A stretch of DNA of 64,000 nucleotides, from IMG/VR virus record IMGVR_UViG_3300000980_000024. One strand, 5' to 3'. Shown piece after piece: positions 35,984 through 46,800 of this stretch; position 1 is the first letter of the stretch, and each line of letters begins with the position of its first letter. Below the pieces are notes generated by a model that saw only the letters and a program-made list of their open reading frames with translations, ran no database searches and was not told the origin of the DNA. Origin of the DNA: a virus. Made by a program: the position numbers and the translations under genes.

Positions 35984-36861
35984 TATATTGTCACTATATT
36001 GCCATCATTAGTTGAACACACCGACGTCACGCCGTTGACATCGAATAACAAACTAGTCGGGTCAGCAATTTCATCTTCAAACGCTTCGCGTACTGTGTAC
36101 CCCTGAACCGTACAACTAGCAGCGTCAAATACTTCAGTACTACCCTCTACATCGTTAGATGCTGTTAACTGAACATCAGCGTCTTTCGTACCGATACCAC
36201 CAGCCTCATCGTAGTTACCTGATTCAGTAATTGTAGCCCCATTATCAGCTTCTTGTGATGATGTAATGGCTCGATTACCATCACCATTTATTACAGTCCG
36301 GTTACCTGCACTACCAGCGATGGCACTCAACCCCGCTGTTGCGATTTCAGCTGTAGTGTTCTGACCGTTGATACCGTAGGCAAGCCCACCAACAATACCT
36401 AATGCTGTAGGGATGATAGACATACGTGCTTTACTTCGCTCAGTCTTACCCTTTTCTTGGGCAATCGCTACGTCATTACTGTTAGTGCCCATATTGGTGC
36501 AAGGTTGTGTGTCGGGTTTATTTGCTGCGGTAATTGCTTTGTTTGATTCAACAAGTGCGTTAGCCATCATAAATATTGCTAAGTCACCCGCTGATAACCC
36601 AGCCGGTATTTGCATACTAGATGATTTGTTGATTACTGCTTGTGTATCCCAGCACTTACCTGTTGCATTTGCAATGGCAATGTCAGCACTAACCTTTTGA
36701 GACTGAATGAACTCATTGCTGGTTAATGTTTGCTCAGTCTCGGTCATGATCACTTGCCCGTTGACACCATGTGTCGTTGTGCTTTTAATGGTTGACCTGT
36801 TTGATATTGAACATGCGGATAATATTGCAGTGAGTAGCAATAACGTAACTATTTTTTTCAT
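35983..36861 (-). CDS. lipoprotein with internal Gly/Ala-rich hydrophobic segment
   Basis: MKKIVTLLLLTAILSAC lipobox; ALGIVGGLAYG...AGLSAIAG. Confidence 0.75.
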   Translation of the reverse strand: MKKIVTLLLLTAILSACSISNRSTIKSTTTHGVNGQVIMTETEQTLTSNEFIQSQKVSADIAIANATGKCWDTQAVINKSSSMQIPAGLSAGDLAIFMMANALVESNKAITAANKPDTQPCTNMGTNSNDVAIAQEKGKTERSKARMSIIPTALGIVGGLAYGINGQNTTAEIATAGLSAIAGSAGNRTVINGDGNRAITSSQEADNGATITESGNYDEAGGIGTKDADVQLTASNDVEGSTEVFDAASCTVQGYTVREAFEDEIADPTSLLFDVNGVTSVCSTNDGNIVTI

Positions 36862-36904
36862 GTGATCTCTCTATTTTATTGGTAATTACCACATAATTTA
36901 CCAC

Positions 36905-37579
36905 CTAGTTGCAAATTTTTCCACCCATCTCACTAAACAAAGGTTGGTATCTGCTAATGTGATGACGATATGCGTAGTTTTCAGCACATGCTCTGATCGA
37001 TCTACGGCGACCATTGGGTAAAATATCCACGCCACATATGGATTCAGCCGATTCAAACGACATAATTGGTGCGGCTCTTAGTTCCCATACACACCACCAA
37101 CCACCGTTATACCGGCACTCATCAACGGCCTTGTTATCACAGTAATTATCGAAAGGTTCTATGTCCATGTATTGATTCATTGCCTCTGAGCAGGGTACAG
37201 CCCAGTACGGGTCCATCGGGTCACCCTCCCCGAGATGCGCACAATATGACCTTTGCGCTGTGTCCACAGTGGGTTGTGTGAATTGCATTAAACCTAACCC
37301 ACCATACGGACTTTCAGCGTATTGATTACCTTTACTTTCCACCCACATCTGAGCCATTGATCGGCTAGGGTTTTCAAAGTCCTCGAACAAGTGTGAGTAT
37401 TTTTGGGCGTTAACAGGTAATGTGTTGACTATTTTTTGTTTTGGTGGATCACTGACAACTACAGTTGATGCTTCCTCAACAGACTGTGTGTCAGGTGACC
37501 ACAGCGAAGCACAGCGAACCAATGCAGTAATTATAATTAATACTATTGCGATACAACAATAGCGATAGCGATTATCCAT
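36905..37579 (-). CDS. lytic transglycosylase (SLT-like) endolysin with N-terminal TM
   Basis: QMWVES.G, GLGLMQF..PT, YNGG; signal-anchor/SAR-like N-terminus. Confidence 0.8.
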   Translation of the reverse strand: MDNRYRYCCIAIVLIIITALVRCASLWSPDTQSVEEASTVVVSDPPKQKIVNTLPVNAQKYSHLFEDFENPSRSMAQMWVESKGNQYAESPYGGLGLMQFTQPTVDTAQRSYCAHLGEGDPMDPYWAVPCSEAMNQYMDIEPFDNYCDNKAVDECRYNGGWWCVWELRAAPIMSFESAESICGVDILPNGRRRSIRACAENYAYRHHISRYQPLFSEMGGKICN

Positions 37580-37845
37580 ATTGCCATTATCCCCACACTT
37601 AACGGTCCAATTGTTTTTTGATTGGTTTTACTGTCTTGTTCTGACTCACACACCTCATGAGTCCTGATGTGGTTGAACACTCGACTACCTAAGTACAATA
37701 TTACCAGATCAATAATTATATTTCCGTGATCAAGTACCGCTGTCCAGAACCAAGCATTATCAACGTTGCGTACATGGCCAGATGTAAATACTGTATACAT
37801 CATGGTAAGACCAATACCTATTACTATAAACCAAATTACTCTCAT
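37543..37845 (-). CDS. three-TM membrane protein, candidate holin
   Basis: Three hydrophobic segments, immediately upstream of the endolysin. Confidence 0.55.
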   Translation of the reverse strand: MRVIWFIVIGIGLTMMYTVFTSGHVRNVDNAWFWTAVLDHGNIIIDLVILYLGSRVFNHIRTHEVCESEQDSKTNQKTIGPLSVGIMAIWIIAIAIVVSQ

Positions 37846-37848
37846 TCG

Positions 37849-38334
37849 CTAACCTTCCACATTTTTAAATATTACTATTTGAACTCTACGATTACAGGCC
37901 CTGCCGTCCGATGTTGAGTTATTACATTCAGGGTATTGACTACCATACCCCTTAACGTCTATTCGATCTATATGATAACCATGACGGACTATCTCTTTAG
38001 CTACATTACTAGCTCTGCGTAATGATAATCTTAAATTAAAATTGTCATTACCTACGTCATCAGTGTGCCCCTCAACATAAAGTAGTCGATTGGTAAAATC
38101 AGAACTTAGTACTCCCGCAACTTCACTAACTATTATCCTAGAAGATTCCATCATCTGATCATCACCCATTTCAAACATGGGGTCTTCAAAAAACAAAACA
38201 GCTAAACCTTGTTTATTCTTAACCTGCACACCTGACACATATTTTAATTTCTCATCTAGTATTACAAAATCATCATTAATTAAAGTCTTACATGCTGGTA
38301 GATATAGCAGGAGTCCCAATAGAACATACTTCAT
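37849..38334 (-). CDS. OmpA-family peptidoglycan-binding lipoprotein
   Basis: LPAC lipobox; VEGHTD..G....N..LS.RRA..V; GYG...P; NRRV. Confidence 0.9.
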   Translation of the reverse strand: MKYVLLGLLLYLPACKTLINDDFVILDEKLKYVSGVQVKNKQGLAVLFFEDPMFEMGDDQMMESSRIIVSEVAGVLSSDFTNRLLYVEGHTDDVGNDNFNLRLSLRRASNVAKEIVRHGYHIDRIDVKGYGSQYPECNNSTSDGRACNRRVQIVIFKNVEG

Positions 38335-38345
38335 ACTCTTGCAGG

Positions 38346-38696
38346 TTAATCATCTCGCGCTAGTTCATCAACTATTCGTTCAAGTAATCGTGATTGTTTC
38401 TCTTGTGATTCACGGGCTTCTTTTTGATCGTCATCATAGTCGTCTTTAAATTCTTTAAAACTTTCCGACAACGTGCTTAGTTTTACGTTGGTAATTTCAA
38501 CGTCAGTTTTAATTTCATTTTGACTTGTTCCTAAGCTTTCAATCTTAGCCGCGTTCGTTTCAACCTTATCCTTCGTATTGCTTTGCGCCGCAGACAACGT
38601 ACCCCATGTGACACCCGCTACTAATATTAACACACATAGCTTAACTAAGTTACCAATTCCAGATGCCGCGTCCCATATTCTTTTTTCGGTTGACAT
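38346..38696 (-). CDS. single-TM coiled-coil protein (holin/antiholin-like)
   Basis: LVKLCVLILVAGVTWG followed by a coiled coil; ATG 38696 (MSTEKR) preferred. Confidence 0.55.
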   Translation of the reverse strand: MSTEKRIWDAASGIGNLVKLCVLILVAGVTWGTLSAAQSNTKDKVETNAAKIESLGTSQNEIKTDVEITNVKLSTLSESFKEFKDDYDDDQKEARESQEKQSRLLERIVDELARDD

Positions 38697-38709
38697 TTTT
38701 ACCCCCAAG

Positions 38710-39285
38710 TTATAATGAATATAACGATAACCCTGTACCGTCACCAGGTGGTACAGGAGGTGTGCCCGTTATACTAACAGTTGCAAAATTAGATATAGGG
38801 TTAGTTCCAGAAAATAAATAACTAAATGTGCCATCTGCATTCTCTTCTTCTATAACCGTATACGGGCCTGAGTTTAAAGTCAAATCACCTGCCTCTATAG
38901 AGTAAGGTTTATTTTCTAAGAAAGCTTCCCACGGGACACTTAAATTATTATTACTAGATACTTGTAATAAGAATGGTGTAGTACCACCTTGATCTTGAAA
39001 ATTATCAGATCTTATTGAACCAGTTGTAGCTGGTAGATTAGGGGAAAGAGGGGCTACATATTCTGTCACAACCCCTGTTATAACTGAACCCATTGAATCA
39101 ACATAAACTGTTTCAATAATTTGTCCTGTACTAGGCTCATACTTCACTATAGGAGTTACGTTAACAGGCTGTCCGTCAACATTCACTGTAATGTTTTGTA
39201 GAGGTAATAGACCCGTTTGATTACTGATACGGGTTACTATTTCATCTTTGGCACACCTAATAATATTTATTAATTCTTGACTCAT
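38710..39285 (-). CDS. putative fibre/spike protein 1
   Basis: Shares the TPIV....STG.I....YVD..G..ITG module with the next two ORFs. Confidence 0.5.
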   Translation of the reverse strand: MSQELINIIRCAKDEIVTRISNQTGLLPLQNITVNVDGQPVNVTPIVKYEPSTGQIIETVYVDSMGSVITGVVTEYVAPLSPNLPATTGSIRSDNFQDQGGTTPFLLQVSSNNNLSVPWEAFLENKPYSIEAGDLTLNSGPYTVIEEENADGTFSYLFSGTNPISNFATVSITGTPPVPPGDGTGLSLYSL

Positions 39286-39315
39286 GTTAATACCTAAATT
39301 ATTTAGTTTGTTAAA

Positions 39316-40254
39316 TTAAGGGTAGTCAGTAATAGTATATTCTAAAATTGTACTAGGTTCCCAAGGTATCCCTGTATCGATAATGAAATTACTACTAAAA
39401 TTAAATACCGCCTCTGATGATGAGTTATTTCCGTTTCCGTTATTATGAAAAGGTATAGAGAATGGTAGCGATTGTTGTACACCATTTATATCTACTATGT
39501 TACCTTGGGTGACAATAATTTGATGAGTATCTTCGGTGCCTGTAGGATCTGCAGGCAGATCTAATAAATACTGTTTAGGCTCAACGTCATAGCCTGAATC
39601 CAAGTCTGTGAAAAATTCTATTCTGATCCCACTTGTATAATCCGCGTCATACCCGATGGTTGCCACATTATCTAACAAGAATGATACATCTGTAGTACTA
39701 TTATCTTCTGTACAGCTGGTACAATCCTTACAATCACAAGAATCTAATTCTGAAACCTGACCTGTAATTGGATTACCTGTGGGGTCAACATAATTTTTAC
39801 CCACAATTTCACCAGTAGATTGATTCAACAATACAATAGGGGTCACATATGTTGGGTCACCACCATCTATGCTTGCGCATATAGCTGGCATTGGTATACC
39901 TTGAGCAAGCGCTGCATCAGGTGATGATAATGAAGCGAGTATTGCGGCCAGTATTGCCTCTACTTGATCAGTGTTATCGTCAAGCTCTTGAAGCAACGTG
40001 GCAACATTTTCCAATTCACTTACAGTCTGAGCAGTGTTAGTAGTTGTTGCACTGGTGTCTGAGTTTATATTATTTAAGATAGTTTCTATTTCGTCGGTAT
40101 TACCTTCAATATTTCCTAAATTACTTATCATGTCATTAAACATGGTAGTGTAATCTATGGGTTGCAAACCAGCTAATGAAACTATCACTTCATCTAATTT
40201 ATCTAAGACATCCTTACCTATACACATAAGTTGATTTATTAATTGAGCACTCAT
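39316..40254 (-). CDS. putative fibre protein 2 (coiled coil, shared module, CDCKDC)
   Basis: Heptad-like N-terminal half, beta-rich C-terminus. Confidence 0.55.
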   Translation of the reverse strand: MSAQLINQLMCIGKDVLDKLDEVIVSLAGLQPIDYTTMFNDMISNLGNIEGNTDEIETILNNINSDTSATTTNTAQTVSELENVATLLQELDDNTDQVEAILAAILASLSSPDAALAQGIPMPAICASIDGGDPTYVTPIVLLNQSTGEIVGKNYVDPTGNPITGQVSELDSCDCKDCTSCTEDNSTTDVSFLLDNVATIGYDADYTSGIRIEFFTDLDSGYDVEPKQYLLDLPADPTGTEDTHQIIVTQGNIVDINGVQQSLPFSIPFHNNGNGNNSSSEAVFNFSSNFIIDTGIPWEPSTILEYTITDYP

Positions 40255-40268
40255 TTTTACTGATACCT

Positions 40269-40814
40269 TTAAGTTGTTGATGTTGCAGACTCATCACATT
40301 GTAAACAGTCGCAATCACAAGGATTACCTACTGTAACTGTGCCTGTGACTGGTTCACCTGATAAATTATAATACACTGTTGAAACACGTTGACCTGTTTC
40401 AGGAACAACAGAAACAACCGGATACACGAACATTGTGTTAACCACCCCATCACCCAGTAAGTCTACACTGGCACATACTGACGGCAGGTGAAAAGTATTA
40501 AATGACGCACCTGTTGATCCAGCAGGTGTGCCTGTTAATCCAGTAACAGGTACTGACGCAACAGTATCTACTGATAATGTACCAGTTTTATCGCAAGGTA
40601 CAGATAAGCAAACATTAAAATCACCAGCATAAGGAATTTGACCCAAAGGGTTAGACGCACTTAATTTGATTATTGGTGTGTTAGACCCTATTGGTGTGAC
40701 TGAAGCGGAACCTGTACCAGTAAATGTTACCACTGATTGTTCCGTTGTAGTTATTGCAGTGCATTCGTTGAAAGTATTGCAATCTGAAGCAAGGGCTTGG
40801 AGAACAACAGGCAT
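40269..40814 (-). CDS. putative fibre/spike protein 3
   Basis: T/G/V-rich; shared module; C-terminal PCDCDCLQC. Confidence 0.5.
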   Translation of the reverse strand: MPVVLQALASDCNTFNECTAITTTEQSVVTFTGTGSASVTPIGSNTPIIKLSASNPLGQIPYAGDFNVCLSVPCDKTGTLSVDTVASVPVTGLTGTPAGSTGASFNTFHLPSVCASVDLLGDGVVNTMFVYPVVSVVPETGQRVSTVYYNLSGEPVTGTVTVGNPCDCDCLQCDESATSTT

Positions 40815-40885
40815 ATTTTATCACCACCTAACATTTAATATAATTAATCCGATGACAAATACTAATTCCGAGTATTGAAATCCTA

Positions 40886-43800
40886 TCACCTAACATGCGC
40901 CAAAGCAAGTGTCAGAGATTTAATGTTATTGCGTACAGCATCGATGTCAACGTTAGCTCTGTTGATATTAACTTTTTGATCATCAATTGCATCAGTAATT
41001 ACTTTAGATACACGATCTCTAAATATAGAACGCCCCTGCAGCAAAGCATTTACTTGGTCTTTCCCAGCTATTCGTGACGCAACTTTGCGTTTATCATCTC
41101 TACTAGTCATGAAACCTTGGATCTCTTCATTGCTCATACCTAATTGTTGATATGCTTGAACAAACGTAAGGTTGCCTGTGTCCATTTCATCAGCCACATC
41201 AATCATTTCAGACACAATGTCTGCAGTTTGTTCTGTCGTAAGTAAATCACCAGACATCAATCGAGACAAATTAGACTTAATATCTGCGTTTCTACTGAAC
41301 GATGACCATTGTCTAGCTAAATCATAACCGTGGGACCGCACTGTTTTCTTTAGATCAAACACTCTGACCTTAGTTCCTGTGGTGGAAATTAGTTCTGACA
41401 CACCATCTTGCATCGCTTTGATTTGATCTTCATTGGGGTTTTCGATACTTACCCCGTTTACCACGTCATAGATTGCTGCAGGTTTGTGATAGAAAGCATC
41501 TTTAACCCACGTCGGTATCGGTGCAAAACTTTCACCCAACTCAAGAAATGCTTTCGACTTAGTTATTTCGTTACCATATTGATCCTCAGGTTGCTGATCA
41601 GTTAGTCGAATAAATTTACGGATCAAGTTACTGTTATCATCTTTATTACCAGCAAACTTATTTACAAAACCCCACACACTATTCTCGAAAGAGAACTCGC
41701 CGCTGTCTGAGTCAGGAGGTACTGCCAAACTTAAATTAATGTTTGTTCTGGCGTTGTTCCACATAGTCACTTCCCATTTGTCAGTGTCAACTATCTGACG
41801 CACTGGTGTGTACAATGATGATCCATCGTATGAAAATCTATGTGCTATTGTTTGAACAGCCTGTAATTTCTCGCCACTTAAAACAATTTCATTATCTTCA
41901 ACTTCCTGATCTTCGTTAATTGCATCCAATAATGACGAAATACCTTGACTAGCCAGCGGTATACCGCCAGCAATCACAGCGTAGTTTGTTGCGTCAGTCA
42001 GTGCTAAACCTGCTGTTCTCGCTGCTATACGACCACCCAGCACGTTTGCATATTCTTTATGTCCTTCTTTCACGGCACGAGTGTATTCGCTAATGTCCTC
42101 GAACCATAACCGATGACTATCAACCATGATGCGTAAAAATTGTTGCGGGTGCATCATAAAGTTACTGGTGAACGGGTGCCACTTCGCGCGAGCTAAACTT
42201 TTAAACCAAGTCGGTGCTAACGACCAAACGAATGTCTCACGTGATGTACGGTTTACTGCTTCAGGTACAGCCATACGCAAAATATCTCTGTCGTATTGTT
42301 GCTTACCTTTTTCTGTATTTGGGTAGTTGTCACGAAGAATTACAGTCTCAGCCTTAGCAACTGCTAATTCTCGATTAAGTATGTACGGTAATACCTTTGA
42401 GTAGTCATCACCAAACGAATAAGCGGTTTCCAACGCATCGTTTATCTTTTCCAACTTGCGTCTAGTTTCTACTCTCGTTGCTTCTCCTCCGGGGTTACCT
42501 GTAAAATCCATCACCCCAGTTACTAACTTTTCAAATAAATCAGTTCGGCCCACTTCAACATCTAATGACGTAACACCAGCATTAGATAGATAATTCTCTT
42601 CTAATTCACGGGCGATCAACTGAGGGTACGTTTCATTTTCAGTTACACCAACTCGATTACGCCGATCCCACAATTCTTTAATGCCCCGACCAGCTGTACC
42701 GAATCTGTTCAGATAGGCGTAGTGTCCCCCCATACCAGATAGAAACGCACTACTGACATAGTTAGAAGCGCCTAGGTCAATGTTTTGCACGGTTAGGTTT
42801 TTCTTTGTGTACGCAAATAATCTTTCTATCCAGTTTTCCTCAACAGCGTCTATTGTTTTAAACATACTGTTGGTTTCTTCAGCGATGAACTCAGGTACTT
42901 CTATGTGTGCAAGTATTGAACCCTTCTGATACTTTTGTAGTATCGGACTACCACGCCACGAATTAGTGGCGTCTGCCCCCTTAAATCTAGCAATACCAGA
43001 ACGAAATAACACCTCTGAGTAATCATTTGCCCAGTTTAATATGGCCAATGTTTTATTTTGTTGTTCCCTTGTCCCAATCAAAACTTCAAGTGGTTCAGTT
43101 ACAGGGTCTAAAAATTTCATTAGTAACCTGTCGGTAGCTACGTTTTCATTAAGAGTTCGACCTCTAACACCATCAACCAACTGCAACTTATCTGTTGACC
43201 TCAGTGACGATTGTTTTGGGTCATGATCTTCAACGTGCTTACTTAAATAATCAATCACTACTTGGTTTACTTGGCTTTGGTTTGCATCTGGTCCAGCTTG
43301 TTCTCTGGCCCACAGTTGAATTATCTTTTTACGGTGCCCTAAGTTTATAATTGGTTCCAGTTTATTGATCTTATTTATAGCAGATTTTTCTGTGATCTTA
43401 CCGTCACGTAGGTCAGCTTTAACAATAGCAACATCTTTAATTGCTTGACTCACACGGTCTTCAACACCACGACCTACTTTATTAGGTGCTGTGAAATCAG
43501 TTAATATATCCTGAACCAACCTGACCCCATCAGGTGTGAATGATCTGTACTCACGATGTCGGTAATCTTCTGTGAAACGATTTTTAAAATCTCTAACCTC
43601 AGTGATCATTTCATTTAATGTGTTGCTGGTGTTACCGGATCTATTGTCATTACTATGTACTGCAACCATGGCGGCAGCTAATCGTTCCGACTTGGTTATT
43701 GCTGCTTGGATTTCACGTACACCATCAATAACAGCAGCGTTACCTTCTGTTATTAACTGGTCAAGTTCACGGGCATCTTTAACATATCTACTTTTTTTAA

Positions 43801-46800
43801 TCCCCGCATTACTTAATCGTTTCTCATATGTTTCATTTTCTGAAACAGTAAAATCAAAAACTGGCGCGGTGCTCAGTTCTGACTCTGAATCAAAATTTCT
43901 AGTTTTCTTTATCAATGAATCGATATGGCTGAATCGACTAGCACCCTCTTCTGTTTTTAATCGCGCAGATATACCTTTATGTTTGTTGCTCGCATCACGT
44001 AAACCATTGACTCGATTACGAAGCATTGCCTGTAAACCACCAGAACTGATGTTGGTGATTTTATTACCTAAAAATTGCTCACCAACAAAACCTTTAACGT
44101 ACCTGTCTAGTCCCAAATTAACTTTAGAAACCAAATCGTTATTGTCCTTAGCGTTAGCGTGTAAGTTTATTAATCGGGCAAAGTGCTGTGAGTCAGCGTC
44201 ATTATTACTAACATTAATAGTTTTACCTGACGGAGTTGTTCGTATTTGAACACGACGCTTCTTACCATTCAAACCATCTTGAAGGTAAGTTACATGTAGT
44301 TTACGATTACTGGTAGCTGCTGTTTGTGCCTTAACAATGTTTTCGATAAACTCTCTTGATGGTTGGTCACTACCAGATGTTAAATCTTGTATGATGCTCA
44401 CAGCACCATTGTCGATCACGTCTTTTTGTAATTGATTAAATTGTTGCTCAGTTAACACGCCGTCCATGCTCCCACTCTTTATGTCCAGCAATGTTGAGTT
44501 GTGTTTAGCAAAGTACTCATGCACTAACATCCATCGAGTAGCTGGGGTTGTTGCATCAACAGTTACATTGTAGTGTCTCAAATATGGTTTGAGTTCTGCA
44601 CCAATTCGGGGTTTAAGTATTTCAAAAGCTCGATCATACATTTTTTGAAACCTCGCATCACCCCAAGAATCCAACCCAAAGTGAGCTACTTCATGTGATA
44701 TTGTATTAACAACGTCACTAAGGCTACGCTCTGACGGTCTTGCGTCAATATTTATTTGTACACCATCAGGGCCACTAAATGATATTCGCCCTGTTGCATT
44801 GGTTCCAACAAGAGGGTTGTTTTCCGCGGTAGTGTGTATGTTAATTAAGTCCCTTATTCTCGGAGGCAGTGCATCTAAGTAAGGATCTAGGTCGCTAGGT
44901 ACCCACTCACCAATAGTGCTGGTGTCAGTAACACTGTTGATACTGTTAAGTGTTGATGAGACTTCAGCGTTTACAAGTACGTCGTTAATACTTTCTCTGT
45001 CGGACAGTACGATATCAACATCAACACCATCTGCATTGCCGGCTGTCAGTGTCGCAGTGCCGTCATCAGCTAACGAAAACAACTCGGCGTTTTGTCTTGG
45101 TGCCGCGTATCCGGCGATTTTTCTAGCAAAATCAATTTGGTAATCCGAATCAATGGTGCCCTGACGAACCTGTGGGTTTATTGTAGCAACAACTGTTGTT
45201 GGTCTACCTACTGATTCAGTAGCAACTTCTTTAGCGCGAACAATTCTAGGATCTTGTGGGTCAGTTTGAACCACCTCATCATAATTTTGATTAGGGTTTT
45301 CTTGATTGAAAACATCTCTCTCTACTTCATTAGTAACATCTAAAAGACCTGCTCTACCACCAATGTCTACAATGTTTTCAAACCTAACACTGTCATAACC
45401 GTTTAGTTGTGCCGCCTTTGTTACAGTGTTAGTGTCCACCACGTTAGTATCGAGGTCACCAAATAATTGACTTAATTTAAATGATTTACCTTTATCATCA
45501 GTCACTGTTGCATCTAGTGAATTCTCTGTGAAGTCCCCGCCTTTTAGATCAATCGTTAATTGATTCTCATTACTCACAGCTATCTGTGAGACGTTACCAC
45601 CACGTTGAGTGTATGTTCTTGCTGCAATTGGTGATGACGATGCGAACGTAAAGTCATTGGTGCTGACAGCACTGTCTGCATCATGACCACGAAAGAACAC
45701 TTCACTGTTGCCAGCAGTTGCAGATATTGAATTGAGGTCGCTCTGTCCCGGCTCTAAAATTGGCTGCTCTATTGTTTCAGCAAAAAACCTACCGTCATTT
45801 TCAATTATTTGGTAGTCCTGATTTATTACCAAGTCTGACGTATCTTTTCTTACTTGTATTGCCCGTTGAGCAGAACCCTGACTAGCATAACCGTTTTGAT
45901 TACCCACTGTCTGTGGTGTGAACACGGTTGTTTCCTGAGTGTTAGTGGTTTGCTCTGACTCAGTGTTGGTAACTATTTCACCAGTATCAGTTTGATCTGG
46001 TTCACTGACCGCTGTATTTGGTTGGTTTACTGTCTCAACTGGTTCTACGTTAGGTTGTGATGTATCGGTTGTTTGATCAAACTCAGGGGCAACTCTCTCA
46101 GGTTGGGAATCATTGGTCGTATCTGTAGGTTGTGATTGAGCGATTCGTCTACCGTCAATTAAACCAAGTAATGCGTTAATTGTGAAACCCGCAGCACTAC
46201 CAACCTCACCTGCTTCAACTAACCCTGAGTAAACATCACGGTCAGGGTCGTAACCAACTATATTCTTGGCTACTTGATTACTGGCGTACTCACTCACTAC
46301 CTCCTGAAGACCTTCTTCAAAAGCACCAACACTACCTCGCTTCAACGCTGTGACAATGCGCCCATTAGTTTCATCATTTAAAAACTTTAAGAATGTTGGT
46401 GAGTCAACAAAACCAAGGAACCGCCCAGCTGCTTTAAAACCCGGAACAGCCTCTAGTGCACCAAACGCACCTCCCCATAAAGCAGTGTTTGCTGCTGCAT
46501 CAGGGTCAAACTTTTCCCCATTTGCAAGTAACGTTTGCTCATAGTCATCCACTTGGTATTGAGATCCTGATGTCACACCCAGCGAACCAGTAGTTGCCAC
46601 GGCGCCCGCTGTCCCACGTGCTAAACCACCAGCAAAACCACCACCTATATACGTAGCCAATTGCCCAGCTATTGATGCTGCTTTAAACCATATGGATTCT
46701 TCGTTACCTTCTTCCGCTATATCGGCACCTAAATCCTGAATTGACTGACCCAACCTGCCAATTAAATCCCCGGATAAACCATGCTCAGCAACAGCTTGTT

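Noticed and set aside
43572-44249. 225-aa plus-strand ORF and similar antisense or nested ORFs (e.g. 9649..10077, 18712..19095, 22867..23226, 36413..36700)
   Set aside because: They lie inside well-supported genes, with no RBS or motifs; typical shadow frames.
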